From NCBI RefSeq assembly GCF_009914755.1, contig NC_060937.1: a stretch of 64,000 nucleotides of DNA; one strand, 5' to 3'. The stretch's first letter is position 1, and every line of letters begins with the position of its first letter. Below are positions 13,721-26,699 of this stretch, in pieces. Made by a program: the position numbers and the translations under genes. The notes under the pieces are model-generated. The model ran no database searches and had not been told where the DNA came from. It was given only the letters and a program-made list of their open reading frames with translations. This stretch comes from the human T2T-CHM13v2.0 reference genome, Homo sapiens.

Positions 13721-14246
13721 GACACTGGTCTAGTTAGCTTTGACCACAAATTGCATCCAACTCCTGTCTGGTCAATTTGACAAGGGTAACCTTGATAGAA
13801 GAGTGTAGATGACTAAATCAGCTGACTAAATCAGCTCTCATACCTGAGGTTGAAAGAGAACGTCAAAGTACATGTTCTATGGTGCTGTGGTATTTTCATA
13901 CATGGTATTATTTTGGTTTACCTCCAAATCATTCATTCATTTATTACTTTGTTCATTGAATAATTTTTGAAGAGGTTATCTGTAATATGTGTCTGAAATT
14001 GAGCTGGCACTAGGGATATAAAGATTTTAAAAAGAAAATTCTAACTCTCATGGTGCATACAGTTAATGGGAGAGATCATGTTTATTCTATCATAATATGA
14101 AGTTATTCCAACTGATAAGTACCTTAATAGTTTGTAATTCATTATATTTTGAAAAAATATTTCCAGTCATATTCTTTTCTTGGTGTTATAAATAGATAAA
14201 TGTGATTTTTCCCCCTGATAGTTTTAAATTTCACAGAAACAATGAA

Positions 14247-14600
14247 TTTTTTGTTTATAGTTTTATTGAGGTATGATTGATGTACAATATACTGTACATA
14301 TTTAAAGTGTGCAATTTGATGAATTTTGACATCTGTATACAGCCATGAAACCATTACCACAATCAAGATGATGAACATATTCATTGCCCCAGAAGTTTTC
14401 TTGTGCCCTTTTATAAACCATCCCTCTTGCCCCTCTCCCATCTCTAGACAACCGTTTGTCTGTTTTCCATCACTATAGTTTAGTATGCATTTTCTAGAAT
14501 TCTATATAAATGATATAAAGTACGTGCTCTTTTAGATCTGGCAGCTTATACTCAGCATAGTTATTTTGAGATTCATCCATGTAACAAAAATTCATTCTTT
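14247..14600 (-). mobile_element. L1MC/MB 3' end
   Basis: 'ttttattgaggtatgattga...aaagtgtgcaatttgatgaattttgaca...ttgagattcatccatgt'. Confidence 0.85.
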
Positions 14601-15278
<678 letters not shown>

Positions 15279-17950
15279 TTTTGATGACTTATTCACTCAC
15301 AGGAATAATAATTTATGAAATAGCAGAAAATCTGTTCTACTGTTCAAAATTTATTGATTTATCATTTCAGTAATATTCTACGACAATTATTCAAGTTAGT
15401 TTCCAAAATGTCTTTGTTTAATTTTTAGTTCTGTATTACTATATCTTTCTTACATTTGAGATTTCACTGAAATAGAAATCTAATACTTTATTAGAGTATA
15501 GCAGTGAAGATAGTTTATGCTATTGTCATTTTGTGATGCTGGAAATTTCTCATTAAGATTGTATAAATGGTGATTCAGTATGAGATGGATTCATCTTTTA
15601 TTCCATACAAGGATGATAGTTTCCTCAAGTACAAAAATAACTCGAAATACGAAAGCTTCATTGACGTCTTGCTCAGGTGGCATGTACTTGCAGACCGCAC
15701 GGTAGGAAAGCTCAAGTTTGTTATGATTAATTATTAAAGCTCTGCTGTATACAAACTTTATTGAAAGTTATGGTCCATGTAAAAATGATAGACACAGGCT
15801 CTGCTGTCTCTGATCTCTCACTATAGGGCGTACACAGAACAGATAAGCATTTAAGCTGGAAGAAGTATTGGGAAACAACTCTTTAACGATAGCATCACCC
15901 TTATTCATTTTATATTTTTTAGACAGACTCAGTTTAATCTTACAATCATGTGTCTTAATGTGCCTGAACTGTGTGAAAGTCTATAAGCCACCTATTGTAA
16001 GGAGGCAGAGCATAAAAGGAGAAAGAATATGGTCTGTTGAAAAACAATCTCAAATGAGGACCTCTTCTGTGGCCTCCTTCCACATTCTTCCACTTTCTGA
16101 ATTTTTTCTCTCCACCATGATCATAATTTTGGTTGGAAGGATAGCTTAGAATAAAATGCTAAGAAGAAAGATGATTATCATTATCTTAAAAATTCAATGG
16201 GATTGGTTTCTGCCTACTTCTGCCTCCGTCTGCAGAGAGACTGCTTGCCACAAATGGTCATCGTGGCAATGGAAATACTAGGATGTCCTCAGGTCCCACT
16301 GCTTTGGTGCTAAGAGCTCAAAGGGAATGTAAATTATCTAGATGTTGAATCCCAGGTTTTTTTTTTTTTTTTGCAGCTTTCATACTCATGAAAAGGCTGT
16401 GGATTTGTAGCATGTAAGAGAGACGATGATTTTACTTTGTTGGAATAATTCAAACATCTGCTCCTTACTTTGAATAGATTCTGATTTATGTGCCTGTACC
16501 AACTTGATATCTATAAAACCAACCAGCAGTGTCATATTTTGAAATTTTATTCTCTCTTTGCTTTAGGGAGCTCCAGAACCTGGGAAGTGACTAATGATAT
16601 TGCACGAGATAGATTAACTTAATTCTTTCATCATCAATTTTTGTTTGTGACTACATGGTAACAACCATAAAAATAGAGACTAAGTGCTTGTTGCCTGGAG
16701 CGGTTCTACTTTCCTGCTGTACAGCAGCAAGATGTAGCTGTGTTCCATAATTTAAAGAATGTCTATGTCCTCCATGAGCATCACAATGATTCAGCATTTT
16801 AACTTTATGCAGCGGAAGCAAAAAAGAAGAAAACTAGAATGTTCGGATTCTGACTTAGTATGGTGTGAGTGGGGGGCTCGCCAAACAAGCAAATTAAAGC
16901 TTTAAATTTAATACAGCACCTTTATAAAGAGCTATATGACATTTGAGGAATGAATTTTGGCATGGTCAGTACTGTTAAGTCTTGACAGTTGTAAGTCTTA
17001 AAAGAGAAATTCTTTACCCTTTCTTCTTGCCGAATAACCCTACACCCTTTCCCCTAGGAAAAGAATATTATTTATTTTTCCTCATGTTGGTGACTCCAAT
17101 GACCTCCATGGAAGATTTGCAGAATTTCATTCCCATTTTAGATCTATTTCTCTTATTTTTTTTTAAATCTAGTGTTTCATAATGTCTAAAAGAAAGTGTT
17201 TGCAAGTCATTGTGGGTTTTTTTTTTCATCAAAGTATTCCTTGTTTCACTCTCTGTCGCATTTATTGCTCTTTCTCCTATTCTTTGCTTTCTCATTCTAT
17301 GGAGCCCCATATGAACTTGCTTTAGTTAGGCTGTAATTTAAGTCTAATTTCATAAGCCGATTACTGTGGGACCAGATGACAGAGGAAACTCCCAAAAGGG
17401 CACACTTAATACAGGAAATGGGGTTAATGATTCAGTAGGCGAAACTCTTACTTCTGACTCACTGTACCACTAATAAAATGCTACGCTCACAATGGAGATT
17501 TAGTAAATGTTTGTTGACTGATTACTGTACACTGATAAATCCTGAGTATAAGGAAAATGTCATGTAGAAATCATTGATTTCAAGTCTAATGATTAGGAAA
17601 TAGAAGCACGAATAAACCAAATGACATGTCTGATATAGTATGGGAAGAACTTTGTAGTAGAAACATTTCTATTAATGGCCCCATTTTATGTCTCTACATG
17701 TTTTCTTTTTACCCCCTTTTACAAATTCACATCATCTCACTATGCCTACTTATCTTTGCAAGCCTTCTTAGACGGTTTTCATACAAGGCAGTACAAAGAA
17801 TAAATACTAAGCATGTACCAAAACTTTAGACTCAGAAATGGGCCTTTGCTATATGACCAAATTGAGTATGACATGAATTGGAGGCCAGGTTGTTGATTAG
17901 AAACAATGTGGTAACTTGTAACTAGTTGAATCTGTCAAAGACATAGAACC

Positions 17951-18264
17951 TGCTGGGCATGGTGTCTCTTGCCTGTAATTCCAGCACTTTGGGAGGCCGA
18001 GATGGGCGGATCGCCTGAGCCCAGGAGTTTGAGGCCTGCCCAGCCAGCAAAGTGAGGCCCTGTCTCTACAAAAAATACAAAAATTAGCCAGGTGTGGTGG
18101 CATGTGCCTGTAGTCCCAGCTACTCTGGAGGCTGAGATGAGAGGATTGCGTGAACCTGGGAGGTTGAGGCTTCAGTGAGCTGTGATTGCACCACTGCATT
18201 CCAGACAGGGTGACGCAACGAGACTTTGTCTGAAAAGCAACAACAACAACAAATACAACAAAAT
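17951..18264 (+). mobile_element. AluJ
   Basis: 'gagcccaggagtttgagg', 'cagtgagctgtgattgcaccactg'. TSD agac(a/g)tagaacc; CAA-type tail. Confidence 0.93.
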
Positions 18265-18881
18265 CCAGACGTAGAACCAAATTTGCTATCATGTAGTACT
18301 TTTTAATTATGCTGGCAGCCTTAGAGAAGTAGCTCATTCTTGAAACATACTCTCTAAATTACCTTGTATGATTTAGCAGTAAAAAATTTTTAGAAGATCA
18401 AGAATATCATATATATGAGGATGCACGCGCACACACACACCATTTTCTGTTCAGTTTCAGCAAGTTTATAAACCCCATGAATCTATTTGTCAACTCTCTA
18501 TGGCACCATGTGCTAGAAAATAAGCATCTCTGGTTTAGAAAACTAGTGTGTTTTTATGTACCCTGGTTTGTTCATTTGTCTGTTTTCTGTTTTTTGTTTG
18601 TTTGTTTTGTTTTTGTTTTTTGACCAGCTCGTCAATCTTTAAATCTGTTTTGCAAAATCTTAGTTAAAAAAGTATTTCTTTTCAAAGACGAGAGTAACTT
18701 TTAAAAAATTTGTGTCATTCTACAGATTCCATTTTCCTGCTGCAAACTAGAGATCCTGTCTCATCTTGGATGTAATTCCTACAGTTAGACTTCTATCAAA
18801 GGGTCATTGTGCCAACTGGAATTCTTTCCAATTCGAGAAATAAGAATTTGAGGAATCTCTAAGGGTAGAAATGACTTCTAT

Positions 18882-19097
18882 CGGGAGACAGCACACTAAC
18901 GCAAGAGGGCCAATGGGGTTCTGCCACCTGTATTTGTAAATAAAATTTCACTGGTACACAGCCATGCCTGTTCACTATTGTCTATGGTTACTTTGTGTTA
19001 CAAAGGCCAAGTTGAGTAATTGCAGCAGAGGTTATGTGGCAGCAAAGCCTAAGAGATTTGTTATCTGGCCTCTTACCGAAAAAGTTTACCTATCCTT
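18882..19097. mobile_element. MER58A
   Basis: 'cctgtatttgtaaataaaatttcactggtacacagcc...aagttgagtaattgc...tatctggcctcttaccgaaaaagtt'. Confidence 0.8.
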
Positions 19098-19111
19098 GTT
19101 GTGTATCATTC

Positions 19112-19327
19112 TGATTCACAATTTATCACCCTCAGCACTATTGACATGCAGGGCTGGGTGATCTTTCCTGTGTATGTTGGGGGAGTGTCTTGTGCTTTAT
19201 AGGATGTTTAGTGGCATCCTTGGCCTCCTCTATGCACTACATACCAGAAGACCCCCTACCCTCACCCCAGTGGTGACCATCAAAAAGGCCTCCAGATGTT
19301 CCCAAATGTCCTGGTTGAGAACCATGA
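19112..19327. mobile_element. MER20
   Basis: 'cagcactattgacat...taggatgtttagtggcatcc...gtgaccatcaaaaaggcctccaga...ccaaatgtcctggttgagaacc'. Confidence 0.8.
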
Positions 19328-19953
19328 TTCCAGCTTGACAGATTCTGTCTTTTCAACTGGAGAGGAGAGGAGTCCATACCTACTTCATGCCTTAAGAATC
19401 TCTTCCATCAGAAAACTTTGCACTAGAACATTCTTCCAAGGAATACAATGTCTTCTGCTATTATATCAATTCCTGTCTGTCCTTTCAGTTTTTAAAAGAG
19501 GCAGAACACTACTGATCTCCATTGCTTGAATAGAAGTTTCTCTAGAATCTTTGTACTTACTAAGAAGTCATTCCTCCCCTCAATATTATTCAGTGCTACC
19601 GTCACTTCAAGCCCACATAAATGGAATAATTTGGATTTTCTACTACAGAAAAAGTAGCAGTTGTGTACATGCAAGCTATTATCACTGTTACAGTTCTTCC
19701 TCTGACTTAACCTGAGACCGGTATGTGGAGCTATCTTCATTAAGATATCCATTAAGAAATTTAGTGAATGAGAAAGATTTATGGCATGTATCCTAATCAG
19801 AGAAGCATCACTGTCTGAGAATGTGAATGATTCCCTTTCTAAACTCTACAATTACCTGGTTCTGTTTCACTATAAGAATTGCCTCAACAATATAATTATA
19901 CTGCAAGTATTTTTCTTTTCACATTTTATCTTCATTTAGTTAATGACAAAGCT

Positions 19954-20013
19954 GTATATAGACACATACATATATATGTGTGTGTGTATATATATATGCA
20001 TATATATATATAT
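19954..20013. repeat. Compound (TA)/(TG)/(CA) microsatellite
   Basis: Directly visible. Confidence 0.85.
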
Positions 20014-21617
20014 GAAGTCTTCCAACTTCTTTTAAAACAAAGGGGTGGCTTAAACTAACTGACTTTAAGGAAAGAGTTTTTCTCTTAAAAGCTGACATCT
20101 AAAAAATAGATCTATATTTCTTTTTAAATAGGTTAACAGAATTACAATTTTAGCAATCTAAATAATATTGTTGAACCTGATGGTATTTGTACTTTCTGAA
20201 CTAAGCAGATATTATCTTTTAATATTTATCTTAAGCAGATATGGGTGAACTGATTTTTATGAAGAAGTCTTGTAGAAATTAAACAAGAAACATTTAGTTC
20301 CTCCAGAGTCATCAAGGTAGATGACGATTATATAGAGAAAATGAAGCTATTTCATCATTTCAGAATAACTGACATGATTCATCACTGCAAATATATTAAA
20401 ATTAAAGAAAACATGGATTCTTGAGAAAATGTAATTTAGAGCTCAGGACTACATTTATTATTTAGAAGGGTGAGAAGTGAGTTTAAAATAAATTCATTAA
20501 CTCCCAGACTACAACGATCTGCAGTTATCCTTCCTGAATTTTACCTGATGAGGTAAACATGACCTAATGTTCCAGAGGCTTGTTCCATACGTGTGACGAC
20601 TGTGACATTGCCATGGATCCAAGCAAAATATTGTTTCTCTGGCACTGCTCATGTTATCATTACCATTATGCAACCTTAAGTTTCATGTAGTTTAAATTAG
20701 AGAACCAGCAGAGTTTAGTCAAGTTCCTGTTCAACAATCCAAAGATCATTTAACTTTCTATTTAAAATTTTTTTTCTGGGGAAGTATGTTCCTTTCTTAT
20801 TTGGAAATAAGAAATAACTTTTAAAGTGTCAGGAAAACAAACATTCACATAATGTTTTCTCCAGCGCTAATTCCAAAGTGATCAAAATTCTTTATAACAT
20901 GCAAGTTGGAAGCATGTACTGTTTTCTTTATTTTGTCTTCAGTGATTCAAGGTGGTCTTTTTTTGTTTCCTTCTGTTTAAAAATCAAATTTCCCATGCCG
21001 GAAACTATTATTGTTTTATACTTGGGTTAATAGTCACTCTGACCTTTTTACAAAAAGCAAAAAAAAAAAAAAAAAAAAAAAATCAATTCAAACCTACAAA
21101 CCAGTGTTTTTATTTTGAAGAAAAACAAACTTTCTTTTTTTCCATGAAAGGGACCAAAAAAAAAAAAAACCACAGCAAACAAGTGTTTTATGATTCACAA
21201 TTGCATGCTCTTCATAGTCATGGCAGTTATTATCCAATTATGTATGGTTTCTCCTGTATCATCTTGTCTGTATATCTTACGGGTGTCATTTTGTTTATTT
21301 TTGCTTTGATTATTTTAGAATTAGTACAACATACAGGATGTCTGAGCGCATCAGTTATTTTCAGGCTCAATCTTGTAAATCTCCACACCCATTTTGTGTA
21401 AAAGCTTCCACAGATCATATGAAATCTTGTGTTGATGACATGTTGAATACAGTTGCCTGAAGAAAGTTCTGACATTTGTCTTTCCCTATTTTCTCTTAGT
21501 TGCTTTATTTATATTCACTCCTTCATGTAATAATAAAATTTTAGGGTCCTCCTAATGTGCCAGAGGTGGTATTTTCCCATTACTTCCTTCTTAGGTTGAT
21601 TCTGTTGTATCAGCATA

Positions 21618-21690
21618 TGTATCCCCATCTTACAGATTTGGAAACTGAGGCTCTAGGGAGGTGGTGTAGCTAGTAACTATGGATCTATGG
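21618..21690 (-). mobile_element. MIR core fragment
   Basis: 'atccccatcttacagatttggaaactgaggctctagggagg'. Confidence 0.7.
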
Positions 21691-21880
21691 TCTGATACTT
21701 TTCTGCAAAATATATTTGTATATTGACTTAGGAGGTTGTATTTGTACCTATAAGTGACAAAAATAAAATAGTTTAATAAATCAACTACAGTGTTCGCTAA
21801 CTGAGTCACTGTGAGGGAAAAGCATAAAGGTGGAGTAATTGGCCGTGTCTCAGAGTAAGAGCATAAATTTCTCAATTCTT

Positions 21881-22173
21881 CTTCATTTCTTTTGAGATGG
21901 GGTCTCCCTCTGTTGTCCAGGCTGGAATGCAGTGGTGCAATTTTGGCCCATTGCAACCTCTGCCTCCTGGGCTAAGTGATCTTCCTGCCTCAGCCTTCCA
22001 AGTAGTTAGGACTACAGGCATGCACTACCATGCCCAGATAATTTTTGTATTTTGGTAGAGATGGGGTTTCACCATGGCACCCAGGCTGGTCTTGAACTTC
22101 TGGACTCAAGTGATCCACCAGCCTCAGCCTCCCAAAGTGCTTGTATTACAGGCATGAGCCACTGCACCCGGCC
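21881..22173 (-). mobile_element. AluJ
   Basis: Reverse Alu. 16 bp TSD aaatttctca(a/g)ttctt at 21865-21880 and 22174-22189. Confidence 0.93.
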
Positions 22174-22464
22174 AAATTTCTCAGTTCTTAAGCTGTACAT
22201 TTAAGACAATTGCCTGAAGAGTAAAATATTTACTCAATCAAATTATTACTTTTTTTTAATGTGCCATTGTTGTGGTTTTGACTGATCTTCTGAAGCGGTG
22301 ATTTGGCCTTACACAGTCCACAGCCTCAGGCTAGAATATCTGTAGCCTGAGCTTCTCCAACTTGCTTCCCAGGTCCTTTCTCTATGCAACAAATGAAGAA
22401 ATTATTTATGTACGTGGCATTTTACTTCATTTTGAATAAATTGCATTGCACTTCTTTATATATT

Positions 22465-23187
22465 TAATTTTTAAAATTGTTGTAAGATATACATAATATT
22501 AAATCCAGCAATGTAACTATTTTTAAGTGTGCAATTCAGCAACGTTAAGTACATTCACAATGTTGTGCACAACCATTACCGTGATCCAGTTCTGGAACTT
22601 TTTCATCATCTCAAATAGAAACTGTCCCCACTAAATGATAGCTTCCCATTCCCCTTTACCCCCAGCACCTGATAACCTCTCTTTTTTTAAAAAAAACTCT
22701 ATTAATTTTACTGTTCTGGGTGCCTGCTATAAGTGTAATCATGCAACATTTGCCCTTTTGTGTCTCGTTATTTCATTTCATGTAATGTTTTCAAAGTTCA
22801 TCCATATTATAGCATGTGCCAGAATTCCATTCCCTTTGAAGACTGTATGTAGATAATCACATTTTTCTTGTCCATTCATCTGTTGATGGACATTTGGCTT
22901 GTGTCTCCCTTTTGGCTGTAGTGAAAAATGCTGCTATGAACATTGATGTACAAGAATCTGTTTGAGTCCCTGCTTTCAGCTCTTCAGGGTATATATCTAG
23001 AAATGGAATAGCTGGATCATATGGTAATTCTAGGTTTAACTTTTGGAGGCATCACCAAACTTTTTCACTGTGGCTACACAATTTTATATTCTCATGAACA
23101 TGGACAAGGGTTCTAATTTCTCCATGTCCTTGACAAAACTTATTTTCTCTTTTTATTTTAAAATAATAGCCATCCTAATGGGTGTGT
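22465..23187 (-). mobile_element. L1MB 3' end
   Basis: 'tttttaagtgtgcaattcag...acattcacaatgttgtgc...gctgctatgaacatt...atagccatcctaatgggtgtg'. Confidence 0.9.
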
Positions 23188-23382
23188 CTTTAAATTCTTA
23201 ATAAAACATTTCCACGAATTATAATTAAAGTATAATAATTTATTTCTAAACCCATTTATTTTAAATAATGCAATCTCTCAATTTATTTCTCTTTTGTTTC
23301 TGAGTCGGGGGTAAAGGCTTATCAATGATAGAATTTTCTGGATGGGTACATGGTTTGAAACATTGAGCCTATCTATTAGTAC

Positions 23383-23694
23383 TTTTTTTTTTTTTTTTTT
23401 TTTTCTGAGCCAGAGTCTCACTCTGTTACCCAGGTTGGAGTGTGGTGGCACAATCATGGCTCACTATAGCCTCGACTTCTCCAGGCTCAGGTTATCCTTC
23501 CACCTCAGCCTCCCGAGTATCTGGGACAACAGGTGGACCCCACCATGCCCAGCGATTTTTTGTATTTTTTTTTTTGTAGAGATGGGGTTTCACTATGTTG
23601 TCTAGTCTGGTCTGGAACTCCTGAGATCAAGCGATCTGCCAGCCTTGGCCTCCCAAAGTGCTTGGCTTACAGGCATTAGCCACCACATCTTGCC
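23383..23694 (-). mobile_element. AluJ
   Basis: Poly(T) followed by reverse Alu ('cacaatcatggctcactatagcctc'). TSD atta(g/a)tactt. Confidence 0.93.
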
Positions 23695-24168
23695 GATTAA
23701 TACTTCTTATAGTCAAACACAACCATCAGCCTTCCTGAAATTAATTTATATAGTTTATGACAACCTAATCTTTGTCTGGGTCTAAACTATGTTTACTGTT
23801 AGAACACATTCTGGGAAACAAAAATAGCAATAGCATTTGGAGGGTAAAATTCTGGGGTGAATCAGAGGCACACAGACTGCTGATTTTTTTCAGGTGAGTC
23901 ACATCTTCCCTTCTGCTTAAAATACAAACCAGATATGAAGATGCGAAAAACAATTAGCAACAGCCATTATAATTATGCGCAAATGGTAGGCAAAGAATGT
24001 CATCCATCCTCACCCTGCTGGCAGGGGCAGGCAATGAATCAGATGAATGCTGGAGATGCCAAGAGGAAGCAGCTACTGGGCCCCTCCCCCATCCTTTCCC
24101 ACCCATGTAATTTGCTGAGAAAAAAGACAAAAAGGCTCTTGGTAAAATGTCCAAAGAACACCAAACCT

Positions 24169-24315
24169 GGCTGGGTGCTGTGGCTCACACCTGTAATCCC
24201 AGCAGTTTGGGAGGCCGAGGCAAGAGGATCGCTTGAGCCCAGGAGTTCCCAGTCTGGGCAGCATAGTGAAACCCCTTCTCTACTAAAAATACAGAAGTTA
24301 GCTGGGTCTGGTGGA
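24169..24315 (+). mobile_element. Alu left arm only (3'-truncated AluJ-like)
   Basis: Left monomer plus A-rich linker; ends abruptly at 'agctgggtctggtgg'. Confidence 0.85.
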
Positions 24316-24630
24316 GCAGTATTTGGGGGAAGGTGCTGGGATCAGGAGTGATTCCTAAAGACTGGCTAGAAGGGAGGGCATTCAAAGGAACTCTTTGTGG
24401 GCTCAAGGTTGGAGTTGATAGATTCAGCAAGAATTTTTCCCTCTTCAACTTCGTCAGCCCAATCCTCAGTAGGTAAAGTTGTCTTCTTGTCTGATGCACG
24501 TGCTGCCCTTGCTGCACTTCTATCACACCTGTGCCTTCTCTATCATGACACTTAATCTACCGTCCTGTAGATGGGAGTCCTGGCAGGACACAGATAACCT
24601 CTTGGAGCAGTACTCTCCATTCCTCTATGG

Positions 24631-24969
24631 CAGGGGTTCCCAATCCCAGTGCAGTGGATTGGACTGGTCTGTGACCTGTTAGGAACCAGGCCACACACCA
24701 GGAGGTGAGTGGCAGGCGAGCCAGCATTACTACCTGAGTTCCGCCTCCTGTCAGATCAGTGAGGCATTAGATTCTTATAGGGGTACACACCCTATTGTGA
24801 ACTGTGAACAAAGGGATCTAGGTTGTGCTCTCCTTATGAGAATCTAATTCACGCCTGATGATTTGAGGTGGAACAGTTTCATCCTGAAACCATCCCCCCA
24901 CACACTGTCTGTGGAAAAACTGTCTTGTGGAAAACCAGTCCCTGGTTCCAAAAAGGTTGGGGAACGCTG
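24631..24969. mobile_element. MER1B (hAT-Charlie)
   Basis: 'caggggttccca...cctgttaggaacc...tccgcctcctgtcagatcag...aaaaaggttggggaacgctg'. 8 bp TSD-like ctctatgg / ctctagag. Confidence 0.92.
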
Positions 24970-25183
24970 CTCTAGAGGCTTCTACCACACTGCTTTTCAG
25001 CCACCACTGCTCAGTGGCAAAAGTGATTGTTTTTGGGGTGGGTGAAGGGTGAATACGGTAAATATATCTAAGAATAGATCAATCACGCACCTGAGATGTC
25101 AAAGACTGTGACCGCCTGTAGGCGTTTCAGCACAGATATTGAACTCAGAGTGCTTACTGATTTCCTTTGGTTGGTGTGGAATA

Positions 25184-25478
<295 letters not shown>

Positions 25479-26699
25479 TGAATATTTTTAAAAATCCATG
25501 TTTAAAGTGATGGAAAATAGACAGATGGAAATTTAGGAAGTCGTGTGTAAGAATGCATTTTTTTTCAAATTGCAGTTTTGGGATTTATTTCAGTAATATA
25601 ATCTATTGGTGGATGGAAAGTCTGATTCTTGAGAATCTTTTAAAACTTTCAAGGCATTTTGAAATGTCTTTGGAATTTGCATGACACTGTTTCCCAGGGC
25701 ATACCTGTGTTGTGGCCTCCTGTCCCTCTATCCCACTTGCCTCCATGCTATGTTTACTGTAATCGATGAACTGAGCTACTTTAGATATTGTTTATATCAG
25801 AGATCCCAAGAAACCCACCTGCCCATGAAGCTCCCATGGCTTCATGGTAGACTTGCATCTGAAAGGAAGAAGGTTGCTTGCCACTTCAAGATACATGTGT
25901 ATAAACTTCTAAAATACGTTCATTAAGCGAAAGGCTCTGTGTAAATCCATTTGTCTCTTTTCTTCAGCTTTCACTATTTAAAGCTTGTTAGAGTTTTTTA
26001 GAGAAGATTTACCCATGTATTTTTTTGAATAGATAATGTGTTTTTAACCTAATAAAAATTTAACCAAGCAACTTCACAATACTTTGTTTGGAAGGAAATA
26101 AATACAGTTTAAACAATGACCTATTTTCCAGTAAAAGTAATATAAACTGGGCTGTAATTTTAACTGTTTCCATTAGAATGGAATCATATTAATTTATAAA
26201 TTACTTTTTGGCTTAACAGCATATTTGTCAAACCAAAAAAAAAAAAAAAAAGGAGAGAGAGAAGGAAACAAAAAACTGGCAGAAAGAACAAACATTAATC
26301 TCACTAATTATCTTTCTCCAACTCCATCTCTAGCTCTATGTCTATAAGTAGGATAATGACCATTATTGTAAAGTTGCTGCCTCATTACTCCGCCTGATCA
26401 TTTTTAAGAGAAGGCAATGTTTTTCTTTGGTTTTCTTTTGGGCAGTTATGACATTGATGAAATAGTGAAGACTTGAGTATGCTCTTGAGAACAAAGTTAC
26501 TACTGTGGGTAGGTGCCATGGTCTGTAGGAATTCCACTGAACATTGTTCGCGGGGAAAGACTGGATGATCTGGTCACTGGTTCTCTGGTTGGGTAAACAT
26601 AGGCCATGCCATCTTCTCAAAGGCATTTCAAAGGGGAGGTATTATCTCAAACCCCTCTGCTCTCTGATAAAATTTGGGATCCTTTAGGGTCAAGTTAAT

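Noticed and set aside
15817-15830. ctcactatagggcg, matching the 3' part of the T7 promoter and vector flank
   Set aside because: Lacks the upstream TAATACGA and has no adjoining vector sequence; most likely chance.
17897-18337. 146 aa ORF and similar ORFs at 3483, 8991, 23935, 39266, 39399, 61735
   Set aside because: Typical Alu-derived translations.
18726-18864. Exon-shaped segment (ctacag| ... AAGG|gtagaa)
   Set aside because: Weak splice signals and no recognisable coding content; cannot be supported without transcript data.
20952-21401. 149 aa hydrophobic/poly-K ORF
   Set aside because: GTG start, runs through poly(A) tracts, composition reflects AT-rich DNA, no recognisable domain.
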